Origin: Haplodiscus bocki
Lineage: Eukaryota
Assembly: GCA_965655095.1 (NCBI GenBank)
Contig: OZ296657.1
Span: forward strand, 72,664,001-72,728,000
Length of the DNA: 64,000 nucleotides
Reading direction: 5' to 3'
Below, one piece after another: positions 11,395 to 23,649 of this stretch. The notes under the pieces are model-generated. The model did no database searches, was not told the DNA's origin, and saw nothing but the letters and a program-made list of their open reading frames with translations. A program made the translations under genes and the position numbers. How positions within the stretch are numbered: the first letter of the stretch is position 1; each line of letters opens with the position of its first letter.

Positions 11395-14300
11395 CTGAAA
11401 TGACAAAAGATCATCAGATACTGTAAGACTTAAACCACTGTAATTGAAGCCACAGCAAAACGAAAACAGCCCACTTAGGTTCCACTTATGCGGACTTATG
11501 AGCACTTCAGTTCATTAACAAACTGGTTTCCAGCATTGCTAAATGAAGCAATGGGAGATTCCGGAATTTTTGCCGGTTCTAATTTGCAAATATTTTAGTG
11601 TCAACAACCATTTGGCCAATCATCCAAAGAAACCCAGCATTTAGCAGGGTTTTGGAAAGTAGGCCTCTTCGGGGCTTGAATGTCGAATAAATAAAAGTAA
11701 CACCATCCGCCAAAAATTTTCAAATTTTGGAACTTTTCCACAAAGTCGCTTCTAGGTGCACTTAGTTGACTTCTAAAAACTCGCTTCATGTCCCCAATTT
11801 GTTTGGTAATTACCGGAAACAAATCTATCGAAAATCCATCGAAGTCGAACGGCTACGCATTCTGACATTTTCAAAACACTTTATACTCAAAAATGACAAG
11901 GAAGCCGAAAAATTGCCCGTTGTTTTTTTCGAATCAGATTTACCTATTGAAGCGTTTAGTGACCAAAAAGCAAGGTGGTAACCACTGAGAAAAAATTTGA
12001 GCATTGATAGGAGTCTACCTTCATTTTGCTTATAATATTTTTGATCCTTTTCTACTAAAATGAAAACGAACGTCCCAACGCAGTTGCGAGGTTGTTGTCT
12101 AGATATTGTAGCCCTAGATTCAGGGCTTATTGATCAAAATCAGATTCTTATTCACTGACAAGCGCTCAAAATCGATCAAAATTTACACAAACTATGTTTC
12201 TGTCAATCCCGGCTAATTGAGCCTTTCAACGCCCTGAAAATTGGAAAACAGGCGGAAATTCAGTTTTCAAAGTTTTCAAACAGTTTGCCCAAAAAAACAC
12301 TTGAAAGTATTCGAGAAATGCGGAAACGTATCTAAAATTCAGAATACGATCTATTTTAATATTCAAATATTTTTAGTAGCATTCTAGCGCACGTACATTC
12401 AGGTGTGAATTCCAATACGACCAGAAGTAAAAGCGGCATCACATCAGTTGGCAGTGTATATTTACATTTCTACATCATGAGCTCTGGAAAAAGGGGCACG
12501 AATATCTTTACATTCAGCTTCGATATAAAAATCATAGGCACGGAAGACTTAGTTTTACGCTCGCAGCAGCAGCTTCTCAAAAAGCAAAACAAGTCATCAT
12601 TTTATACTTGATATTTCGGTGACTCTAGTTTTTGATACAAAACTAAGGAAGTAAAATTAACATCGCCTTCTCAATAGACCGAATTCCGAGTCCTTTCCGC
12701 AAAAAAACATCTTGAAAATGTTTGACTGCAAACAAAATGTAGTATGTAAAAGTTCAGAGTCTACGTCAAATGCCTCTAGAAAACATTGGTAATTGCTGGA
12801 TTATCTCAGTATACAATAAAGTTCACAAAATCAAGCTTCGTTCGCAAGAGAAAATCGAAGATTTTTGGAAAGCAACGGAAATTACACCAAAAGCGAAGCT
12901 ATGCTTCGCAACACCTGCACCAATAGAGTACTGAAGAATGAATCGAAAAAGTAAAACTGATTTTTGAAGGGGCCACGGAAGTACGAGTAGTCATTAAACA
13001 AGTGTACAGAAATTTAATCAGCTCAGATATTCTTTTTCCATTTATAAACAAGTTAAACACGCTAGAAACGCTACAGCAACCATGTCGACTAAAGAATTGA
13101 AAAATATAATTTCTAGAGCGGAAAATCTCTGTTTGTAGAGCATGTGAATCAAAGGCGAAAAGTTCCAGGATAGCACCGGATAATGTTCCATTGTCAAAAT
13201 CTCGGAAACTTTGTTAACCGTGAACGGATCGGAAAAGTTCGCGAAACCTGTAATATAACATTTGTTTGCGCAAACACAACGCAGATACGAAGAAGAGCTC
13301 AGCAAAAAAGATAATCCAATAAAATCCTGCTTTCTGATATTTTTGATAACTGAAAACACCAATATTCAAAACTACCATGCGAAAAGCCTGCCCTTCTTAA
13401 AACATAAAAAAGAATCGGAAAGCATATTCCAAACTTCCTCAGAAGAAATAATCCGTGACATACTTTTAACAAGTTCGATCCAGAAATCAATTCTTTAGAA
13501 ATCACAAGGTTTTCCAGAAACAGCTACTCTCCGTTAGAAATAATCAAAAACGATGCAGCGAAGACTTTGAACAAATTATTTTGGAAACTTTTGTGAATTG
13601 CGAAAAACAAAACCAGATGATGCGAGAGGAAAGTACAAAAAGGCAATATCTAGCAAACAGTAGTTTCGCCACTTGGATAGTACTTGGAAAGGTAGCTTGT
13701 TAAGTTAGCCCAGGAAAACTTCCCGAAGGAAGACCCAACAATTTTGATTCTCTAATAAAAAAGATGGAAAAACGCCAATCCTGAAGGTTACCACAACCTA
13801 CATCTAGCAGGAGTTAGAAATGTGCAACATTCCCAATCCGGCACATAGACCGTCCCGTCACAAAGAAGCCTCAACACAAAATATTATTCTACAATATCAA
13901 TTGCCACTCGGCGATTTTTGAAGTTTACTGGAATTAGTGATTTTTTTTCGTTAGTTTCGCCTAAGAAAAAGTACCTTAAAAACCAGTTTTCAACCCAAAG
14001 AGCCCTGGAACAGGCTATCTATTAATCAACAAATCATTCCACGTGGCGAGTTGATGAGTTAACGACGGGGGGCTCATCTCCTACAGATAGACTCTCGTGA
14101 AAGCGTAATTTAAAGAAAGACCCCAATGAAAAACTATCCCAATTCAAGTTACAAATAAGGGTATTTCTCGCAGTAGAACCCCATGACTTGCGAGAAAAGT
14201 AACCACTTTTTCAACAACTTTTATGAACTAATGATTGCGACTCAGCAGTAAACAGGTTTCATTTAATGGCTAAAAGGAGAATTGTTGATCTAAGATGTCT

Positions 14301-15260
14301 TTTCGAGAATTTTGGCCACAAAAAAAACACTTTAAGCGCTGACTGTCAAATTGTGGCGCTCCCTAGATATTTTTACAGGATAAAAGGTGCAAGCCCATGC
14401 AAGAAAGGCGGCAAAAAAACTCCGAGGAAAGAAACGAGCTGAAGAAGGAAAGCGAAACTCATCCACTATTAACCTTGTGCGAAATGTATGCGAAATGTAA
14501 ACGTTAACAACGCAGATCGATTGTAATAAGCTAACGGTTTGCCAGCTGAAATACATGAAAGTCCGGAGTCTCCTTGTTCTGCCTCTCCAAAAAACTCAAA
14601 AGATTGGTCAATATCTGAAGTATTAAAGTTTGACAAATTTCAAATTCTCCTTTTTCAAGATTTTTTTGCAAAAACCTGGCGTCGCACAGCAACAAAATTT
14701 AGCATATGATATAAAAACCACATCCTCGTTAAGCCTGTGCAAAAGTTGAGAGATTTATAACCCTATAAGGAAAAATAAACAATTTTCACTGACAAATTTC
14801 CGTGAAAGTAACCGAAATTAGCTCGATTTTCAAGTTTCGCACAAAACCTATCCAAAAATTGTCGTACCGCAACCAAAAATTAGTATGTGCTAGACTAGCC
14901 TCTTTTCACAACGCTTCGCAAAAATCACATGAATTGGTTATATAGGTGACGATGAATTGACCTTTCGACAAAAAAATCACTTGAAAATGTAACGAAAAAA
15001 ATTGCCTCTGATTTCATCAGTGTAGGGGGTCTAAACAGGTTTCTCTTCGCTATCGCTCGCTCGACTAAATACCAGCTGTTAAGCCGGTTTTGTTTCCATG
15101 TGCCGACACAAGATCAATTTTGACTCATTTGGAGATCGGTTTAAGTCAGTACTATGAAGGTGGACCTCAAATGGGAACAATTGAGCGCTGAACATTTTTG
15201 AAAAATGCATTGAAAACTTAGTAATTTTAGTTGGTTCTGATGAAAGATTTGTTCACCTAC

Positions 15261-15333
15261 CTTTTACTGTATCCATGCACGTGCAGAATTCTCATCTGCT
15301 TGACAATTGTGGACTTTCCCGATTCACCAGCAC
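15261..15333 (-). CDS. GNAS: G alpha-s coding exon 2 (P-loop)
   Basis: aaacag|(G)AGESGKSTIVKQMRILHVHGYSK|gtaggt; 73 nt; G1 box GAGESGKST. Confidence 0.96.
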
Positions 15334-15902
15334 CTGTTTAACAGAAATTAAACTATTGATTTGTTTCAATAATCAAGCCAACTTTCCTGCTTTTAACCAT
15401 CAGTTAGTTACCAATGACAGTAATCTTTACAAGTCTGTTTAGTAAAAAACTCACCGGAACGAAACAAAAAACTGCAGCGCAAGCACCTCGAACATGATAA
15501 CACTTCAATTTCTAAGAAAACGTTTGCCCAATAATATATTGAGACTTACGTTTGAAACATTTATGTACGTTTGACATATATAAACATTGTATCAAGTTAC
15601 CAAGACGACATCAACATCTAATGAGTAATGTGCGGCTGCCCTAGAAGTTGTTTGACACAGAGGCGAAACACTTGGGCCAACGGAATACAAGTGACCAAAT
15701 CGAACAAGTATAACTATTTTCTATATCTATTTTCTAAAAGGGATCTCGGTACTACAAAAACTACTGATTAAAGATTAAATAGAAATTTAATTAACTCAGT
15801 TTTTTCTTATGAAATTTTATACAAGTGTAATAAGCACGAACGGCTATATACAAGTATTTAGATACAAGTAAGAAACGCTATTATATTTCATTCGCTTGAT
15901 AT

Positions 15903-15975
15903 GCGACAATGGCACAGTTAGTAGTGCATTCGTCTGCGGCGCGAACGGTCTCAGGTTCGAGCTTAGGCCACTCCC
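15903..15975 (+). repeat. tRNA-like SINE head or pseudo-tRNA in GNAS intron 1
   Basis: A-box TGGCACAGTTAGTAG, stem-loop TTCGT-CTGCGGC-GCGAA, B-box GGTTCGAGC; acceptor stem does not pair well. Confidence 0.45.
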
Positions 15976-16241
15976 TCCTCTTTGCTCAAAATCTAGAAAC
16001 TTATTTCAGTTGTTAATGTATCGGAAAAAAATTGCAGTCAGCCTTGCGCAAACAAGTGTGTTCAAACTTTTCAATTCATAACTCGCGACTAGCCTTATCA
16101 CTCGCAAAGGAAAATCAGAACTTTTTGTACATAAACAACAGAGAATATATACATTAAAGTCAAGAGCCCAAGATTGCAGTTGATATACTCTACCATGTTT
16201 CAGTTTTAGTATTAATAGGTTTTAATAAAAAGGAAACTAAC

Positions 16242-16374
16242 CAAGTAAGAGCAAACGATGCGTTGTTTTGTAATGTTGTTTATCTTTTGTTAATTGTTTT
16301 TCTATTTCTTTGTTTCGAACAGCCTGGTTTTTGTTGGAGTCATCTTTGACGGCTCCCGTGCCAAAGCAGCCCAT
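16242..16374 (-). CDS. GNAS: G protein alpha-s subunit, coding exon 1
   Basis: Translates [45 protein letters not shown], the Gs-alpha N-terminus (MGC...THRLLLLG). Ends phase 1 at donor GTTAGT (16241). Confidence 0.93.
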
Positions 16375-17559
16375 GAGCATGACTGACTTCAATTTGTAAG
16401 GTGAAGGAATAAATGGAGAAGGGCCAGTTCGAGAAGAGCTGCCTGCACCTCCGCAAGACAAAATACGTTGACTGCAACAACTAAGGAGAAAGTTGGAGTA
16501 GGAAGATGCCGAGGAGGGAGAACGATACCGGAACTGCTGTTCTGATGGGTGTTCAGCCGAAACGGAACCCACAATAAACACTAGCAACAAGTAGTTGATT
16601 TAATTATTGTTAAGTCACTTCGGAACAATGTCGTACTTGTCGGCGGCGTCTTTCGTTGGTTTGCTTGACTGCTGCTAATAGAAAACAACAGTGCCAGCAA
16701 CCTACACTGATAGCAACCAATAAGTGCAATTGCTTTGGCAAGGTACCGATGAGCAATCCCAAACTGGTCCTTAGGCCTCCGGTAGCAGCAGCGACTTGGG
16801 GGGAGCTGGTGACGACAACAAAGATCCAATACGACCCAATGCAAGTATTGTCACGGCAGTCAAAGTACCGAGAAGGGCGGGCAAAGTGTTTGGTTGACTT
16901 GTAAATAATCAACCAAACAAAGTGGAACAATGCACACTGTTCTCTACAAGTCCAACTGGCTGGCTTGATGATCGCATGCACACAGTTTCAATAAGTGGCC
17001 GCCAAGTTGTTGCAATTTAATTGGTTTCAACTGTGAACTCTTATTTGCATCATTAGGCAGCCTGAAAGAATTTCAACTAAACAGCAGAGCTCACTATTGG
17101 GTTATAAGAAGGTGCAAACTTAGTATATATACAAGGATAAGCGACTGTTGTCTGTCGATTGATTTGAATTATTGTTGTAGTCTACCTTACAACACTGCGT
17201 CTCAAATGGCCAATTTCTCTTCACATCACTACGTTATCGGCTTCGATCAAAAACAAACTTGAAAAAAAATATATCTCCCTGGCGGGGCTCGAACAAAGCA
17301 AAAGATTAAAAACTCTCTTGATTTCACCCACATTTCAAATACTTCCAAAATTAACATAAGTTGATTGCAGACTAGTTTGGATCCATTTTTCAGGCAGTTC
17401 CCTACTCGATAGCTTTTCGCCATCCAATAGTTAATCAGGTCAGGCCGATTTCTATCACAGGTTGGACATCTTGATGAGCCAAAGTCGCAACTTTTCCTCT
17501 ACGGCAAATTGCTTCTCTTCCAATGAAGTCCGTTGTTTGTGCAGTTGAGCTTGGATTCG

Positions 17560-17910
17560 ATCTCACGAGGCACAATTTCCTCTGTTGAATAGCTCAACTC
17601 TGTAACATCTCCACTGAGAACGGGTTCCTCCGTGAATTTTACTTCCTAGTGATTCTGTTGAAAAGTTTTTTTTTCTAAGACTGTCCAAAATTTTGTACAT
17701 CTTCATCATTCCCACCCCCCCCCCCCCCAATCTTCTGTGTTCCAGTGAGGCCATCCATTTATTTTGCCTTTCGCGGTGTCTTCTCTAAGTTCAGGGACTA
17801 ACCAGACTGGTTTTTCCTTTCTGGACATTTTCAAGCATCTTGTGTTTTTCAATATGCGGGTTCCAGATTAGATTGCAATATTCTATGTGTGGTCTGATAG
17901 CAGCCCACTG
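17560..17910 (-). mobile_element. CR1/L2-type LINE 3' fragment
   Basis: IRPHIEYCNLIWNPH..MLENVQK and ASLEHRRL..MMKMYKIL match the CR1 ORF2 C-terminal pattern. Confidence 0.75.
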
Positions 17911-18899
17911 ACTTCCAAGAGCACGTATTTGGTCATTTTGACGAGTCTTCTTGATAACAAGAATCAAATCGGATTTCATTATATCCAAGATGTGGAACTG
18001 AAAGAACAGCCGTTCGCCAGTAACCACTCCGAGAATTTATCCAGTACACTAGTGAAAACCACAATCAAAAATTTTTACAAAATCAGAAAATGAAACGGAA
18101 AGTTGGCTTTCTACTTGCAACTTTCCACTGCACCGAAAATGAGAACACTGTGATTCGAAGTAACAAAAATTGTCACATTTACAAGATGATGGCTATTCAT
18201 TGCTCTGAAAAAAAATGATTTTCGAAGAGCCAAAAAATTCCAGACTATTCAACACACCGAAAATTAACTAGTTAACCAAGGCGAATCGAATTTATTATCG
18301 CGCTTTGAATTGCCTACTAATTTGCGGCACTTTGAATGTTCGGTGGGATGAGAAATCAACGTAGCGAGATCAGTCAAGCAATTTTGATGCTCCACAGTGC
18401 AGCTTCAAACAAACGAGTCGAGGGCTTTTTGATTACAACAAACCAACAACTTCTACCTGATTTTAGTGAAATCTACCGCTATTTTCGAGTGGTTGATTTT
18501 ATCTCGATGTTGTTGGAAAAACTATTAATTTTATCCCCGCATTTAAAAAGTTAATTCCAAGTTTGCATTTTCCGCAGTTTCGTTCTTTTTTCACCAGCAT
18601 ATTTCCGAATAATTCGTGATGCAAATTTAATTTTTCTAAATTTCCTCTGAAGGAATTCTAACTGGTTAATTTGATAATTTTGTGCGACTCAAATCAAAGA
18701 TATACATAAACTGAGCATAGTAGCAACGTGCCATTTATTTAATCCGTAATTCAAAGAGTCATGTCGAAATAATTGGGTCCATAGTATTCATTCTACGGCC
18801 CAGAATCGGAAATTATACACAAGTACACAGGTATATTTCTGATTTGCAGGCTGTAAGGCCTCTCTCGATCAACTCCTTCGTTGGACCTCCATAGCATTG

Positions 18900-19420
18900 A
18901 GAAGTTTCATTTAACCAGGTCTTATCAAGCCTCGTTTAAACGTTAACGCTGTCGCTCAGCATTATAGCTTCAGGTAATGAGTTCCACTCGTTTGCAGCAG
19001 CGATGGAGAAAGTTGTTCTCAAACTGGTTCTCGATTCTCTAGCACTTCTGTTTGGGTTTCCTATGGTGTCTCTATCGATTAAGAATGAACATTTCATCAG
19101 TGGCTGCACGGTCACATTCTCTGGTTAAAATCTTGCATACTTCAATGTTGCTTCCACATCTTCTCTACTCTAAAGTGGGTAGCTTCAAATCTTTCAGGGA
19201 ACCTCACTTTCCTACGGCTTGATATCAGCCTGGTTGCTCTCCGTTGTGCATTCTCAAGAGGTAATTCGTCTTTAAGAGGCAAGGGTTCGATGTCTGATTT
19301 GCGTACTCCAGATGTTGCCTCACCAACGCTTTGCAAATGGTTCTCATGCCATCGTTGATAATGTTTATAAAACTTTTCTTGATTACAGCGACCACGCAAT
19401 TGGCTTTTTGGTTTTCCTGC
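18900..19420 (-). mobile_element. Second CR1/L2-type LINE 3' fragment
   Basis: KALVRQHLEYANQ, LENAQRRATRLI and NEWNSLPEAI motifs. Confidence 0.78.
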
Positions 19421-19489
19421 TTAAGTGATCGCGGAACGAGGGTCTGAGTCAACTATTACTACCAAAAACAATACAAGCCGCTAAAACTT

Positions 19490-22400
19490 CGGGGAAAATC
19501 TTTCATTGCTAAAATTCAAACACTTCATTAATGATAGGATCCGCCTGCTCAATTAAAGCTCAAGGCTAGTAAAAATTACAATCTAAAACAGTCAGCTAAC
19601 GCCGTAAGTCAAAAAATGTCAAAAGCTGAAAAAAGGAAATGCCCAATACCACGGAGTATCCAAAGAATTCTACTGATTATGTTCTCAGAAAAACTGATAG
19701 CGTTTTGATGAAAATTTAAAATCGAGCCTGATAACACATCAGAAACACTACATTATTACGAAAGCAAATTCAAAATTGACAAATTCACAAGCCCGTAAAT
19801 TACTACATTATTACGAAAACTACGATTCAAAACTTACAATTTCACAAGTCAGCATAATACTTGATTCCCAATCAAAAGAAGCGTGAAAAAACCGACTTCG
19901 CAAAAGCACAGCTCAAAACCACAAAGCTGAAAATAGTTATGTGCTTTACAAAACTCTGTAATAAATATCCTCAGGACTTGAGCCACCAATGTATCACTTG
20001 CAATGCTCAGAAAGCGAAAATCATTAAATGACCTCCAATAAGACAATTGCCGAACCAATATTGAACTTATATGATGATCAAGAAGTTCCCCAACATCAAA
20101 GAAAAAATTTCAGAGACATCATCATGCATGCAAAACAGATGTTCCACTTCTTCACTTCAACGAACTAATACAAATTTCCGTTTCGAAACCACAACGTCGA
20201 TGAAAGTACCGCAACATCCAAAATTAGAAAAATCATCTCAACTGAAACTTTAGTGATTTCCGGGAGATTGCCCAAGCTGCGGTGTTTATTTTGTCCTTTT
20301 TGCCGACTTGTTTTTCTGAAATTGTGTAGATTTTATTTAGTTTTCTCTAAATTAACAGCTACTTATCAGTAGTTAGCAAATTTATAGGCATCAAACTAAT
20401 TATTCCTGCCGGACATTGGTTTTCATTCGCATTCGGATCGGCCAATCTTAACGGACATCTATTTTCGACGCTGAACTTTTGCTGCTTTGAATGTTCGACG
20501 CTTTGGCAAGGTACCAGATTTTAATAAATGAAAACATTTGGCTCTGCTAGCATAGAAGACTTTGCAACTGTGGATGTAAAGACACGGAAAGCACGATTAA
20601 ACTCTCTGCACTAAAACATGCGATTCAAGTTCTATGAATAGCAAAACGAATTTTTTGTTGACTCTAAGATCGTTTTCGAACTGATTACAAGACTGTCGTT
20701 CCGAGTAATTGGATGGATGGTGTGATGACTATCCAGGATTTTTTCTCGAAGCCTAAATCTGAAACAGAAACCAACTAGAGCAGGAGCCAACCTATTTTGA
20801 AAACAAACTGTATTCAGAAAAAGTTGGACTTCGAGAGAAATGAAAAACGACCACCGAGAAGTCCTGCACGAGATTCCACCATATCGAACCTCTCCCAGGA
20901 ACGGAAGCTATCGTGGGAAAAATTCAATCTACTCACTTAGATCACATCCTAGCATGGAAAAAAGAGAGGGCTCTCCTTCGGAGGAACATCAAAGTCAGAC
21001 GAGCAGAAATAACTGAAATTCTTCTGATGGAGGAAGCAGAAGAATTTAATAACCCAGCTGCTCACCAAAATTTGTTTCAATTCATGGAGAGAATAATCGG
21101 AAAACCAAAAGAAATCGGCAAATCATCTATCTTGATTAGGCTGAGAGAACATTACCAGAAGTGTTTTTCAGGAATAGACCAACCCTTAACACCAACTGAC
21201 AAAATTATTAATTTTGCGACGAATGAAAAAGTAGCAACAGCCAAATGTTTGCTGAAAAAAAGACGCATCCCAGGACCCGAAGAAGTGACCTCTGAAAAAC
21301 ATAGATAAACTGTCTGATGAAGAATTCGCTGATATAGTCAAAAGGATGCTGATGAACCAAGACAATACCGTAAAACATGGTTACATTGCACCAGTCGTGC
21401 CAAAAAAAGAACTCTCCCTAAGAGCTACCGACCTGTTACATTTTTCTCAGTATGGAGAATAACAATATCAATGATAATACCGAGACGAAGTGACGAGGCA
21501 CTAGAACACTCAATCAGTAGGAGCCAGCATGCCTAATCATCAAACAAACCAAACGGAGACGTAAATCTTTCTGACTATATTTTGCTCCCGTCATAGATAA
21601 AATTTCAAACCCCAGTCTCAAAGGTATCGATGTGTCTAAAAGCTTTGGAAAATTTTCATAGAAAACCGTTATTTGATTTAAAGAGTGATGTTATTAGACC
21701 AGCTGATCTTGGAGAGGTTTTAGTCTTACTAGTGAATGACACCTTACCCGTAAAAATCACAACGAGCGTCACAACGAGTTTCATCACGACAATGGGCGTA
21801 CCACAGGGGGTTCGTCATCTCGTGAGTTCTTCTATTTAATGTTAACTCAGTGATAACAAGAAAACGGAGTATTTTGAGACCGGTCAAACAAGTTTATTCT
21901 TTTTGCCAACAACAATTAACCCTAAACATTGAAGACGCAGACGATATTGATTTCATTGTAACAGAGGCTTAAGATCGATATCATCCTAAAATAGGCCGTA
22001 GAAAAAACATTCACTGAGTTTTATTTACAGGTGAACGATACTGAGACAGATTGAGCTCAATTTGACCAAGGAGAGGAACTTACCAAAGTCAAAAAGCTGA
22101 GATCATTGCTTGACGATGAAAATGACATGTATCAACACTATGACCTTTGGCGGTTAGCTTTGACCTTATTTGGAATTCTTCCTTCATGAATATTCCTACG
22201 AACGTTTTCCTATATCAAACAATTACGAAGCTCATTTTAAGGTATATCAGCTCAACATTTGCATCTGGCCAGCCAATCGATAATAACTTGATAGTTTTCG
22301 GCGGGAACAACAGACGTATTCTGCTCTGAATAGTTTTTTAACCTGAGTATAATCAAAATAAAGAACTTGTTCAAAAACCACTTCAAATTTTTAAACAATC

Positions 22401-22665
22401 TGAACCTGCGCAAAATTATCAAAAAAACGTCAACTGGAACATCTAACCTAAGAGCAACCACGTTCAAATACATTCTCAGAATCGTTGAGAGCGCATCCAA
22501 AAGCAAGAGAATATCACCCTCCAAATACACTAAGAGCATACCAAAAAACTTTGGAGCTGTAACTTGGTTCGGATTCGAAGACATTTTTTTTATAGTTATT
22601 GGATAATCTCGTACTATTACTATTACTACTTACTGCTACTGATACTACTACTAGTAGTAGTGGTA
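19490..22665 (+). mobile_element. Decayed non-LTR retrotransposon (APE-RT) with (TAC)n-like tail
   Basis: FAALNVR (endonuclease start, ~20480), SYRPVTFFS (~21420), GVPQG (~21795), EDADDIDF (degenerate YADD, ~21935), then tactattac/tactac tail at 22611-22660. The 5' limit is approximate. Confidence 0.72.
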
Positions 22666-23649
22666 AGGAGTGTTCAATTTTATCCTGCAAAAGGCGGAAA
22701 AATTGGGCGAGAAATTTCCAGCCGAGAACTCTTCCAAAAAAACGTACCACTTTTGAGCCGAAAAAGACTCCTTTTTTTCAATGGCCACTCCGTCACGCTA
22801 TGAAAAGTTGTTTCTTCATCTATAGCCCTATAGAAACTCCTCAAACGTTTCCTTAAAACCAAAATGGTGTCTTCAAAATTCCATATCCTAGCGGCAGTCT
22901 TTCTCTTTTTACTTTTCGCTTCCGTCTAGATATCATGCTCCCGTATTCTTAAAAGTTAGCCTCTTTCAGCCCATACTACCGCTATCATTCTAGGATCGGC
23001 GATGCGCTCTTATCATAGCACGTTTCTCGGCAAAAAATCTAATTCAGGCAGATATCTGCCGAAAAAACATGCAATTGTCACTTATATCATAGAAAAAGAA
23101 CGCCAGTAACATATGATATTGTAGTTCGAAGTCAGTTTTAGGAATTTTCGCTTCGAAGACTCCAGTAGAAGTTCCAGAGCTTTTGAGCTAGAACATCACT
23201 TGACTTAATATCCTTCCTCTAACAAAACTGATAGAACAATCGTGTAGAAGAATGTTCTCGCCAACCAAACGAAAATTATTTTTTGCACGAAAGTTATTTT
23301 TTTGCTTTATATTTTTTCTTTGTCGAGAACACATTGAAAACTTCATTAAGTCATTGAAAAATTAAATCGGAAAAAAAACAGACTTCTTCATTGAAGAAAC
23401 ACGTTTTCAATCTCGTTGCAACATTGATGAAAAATGGATGGTATTTGATCTGGGACTATTGTTGTTGTTTTGCTTTGAAATCAAGTTTTCACCAAAAAGT
23501 TTGCTCACTTCTACTGAAAAAGAAGAAATTTTAACAAATTGTATCTTTGCGCTTTTTCTTCAGCTTCAGCTACTCATCAATGCTTACGAACTTTGATGAT
23601 GAATTGATGCATCATTGACGTTATTGATGACAACATTATTGAATCATCA

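Noticed and set aside
12850-13950. Possible decayed L1/Tx1-like fragment
   Set aside because: A-rich and ORF-like, but no motif clear enough to support a call.
16581-16981. Overlapping ORFs upstream of GNAS as separate genes
   Set aside because: Non-ATG starts and no recognisable domain; probably 5' UTR.
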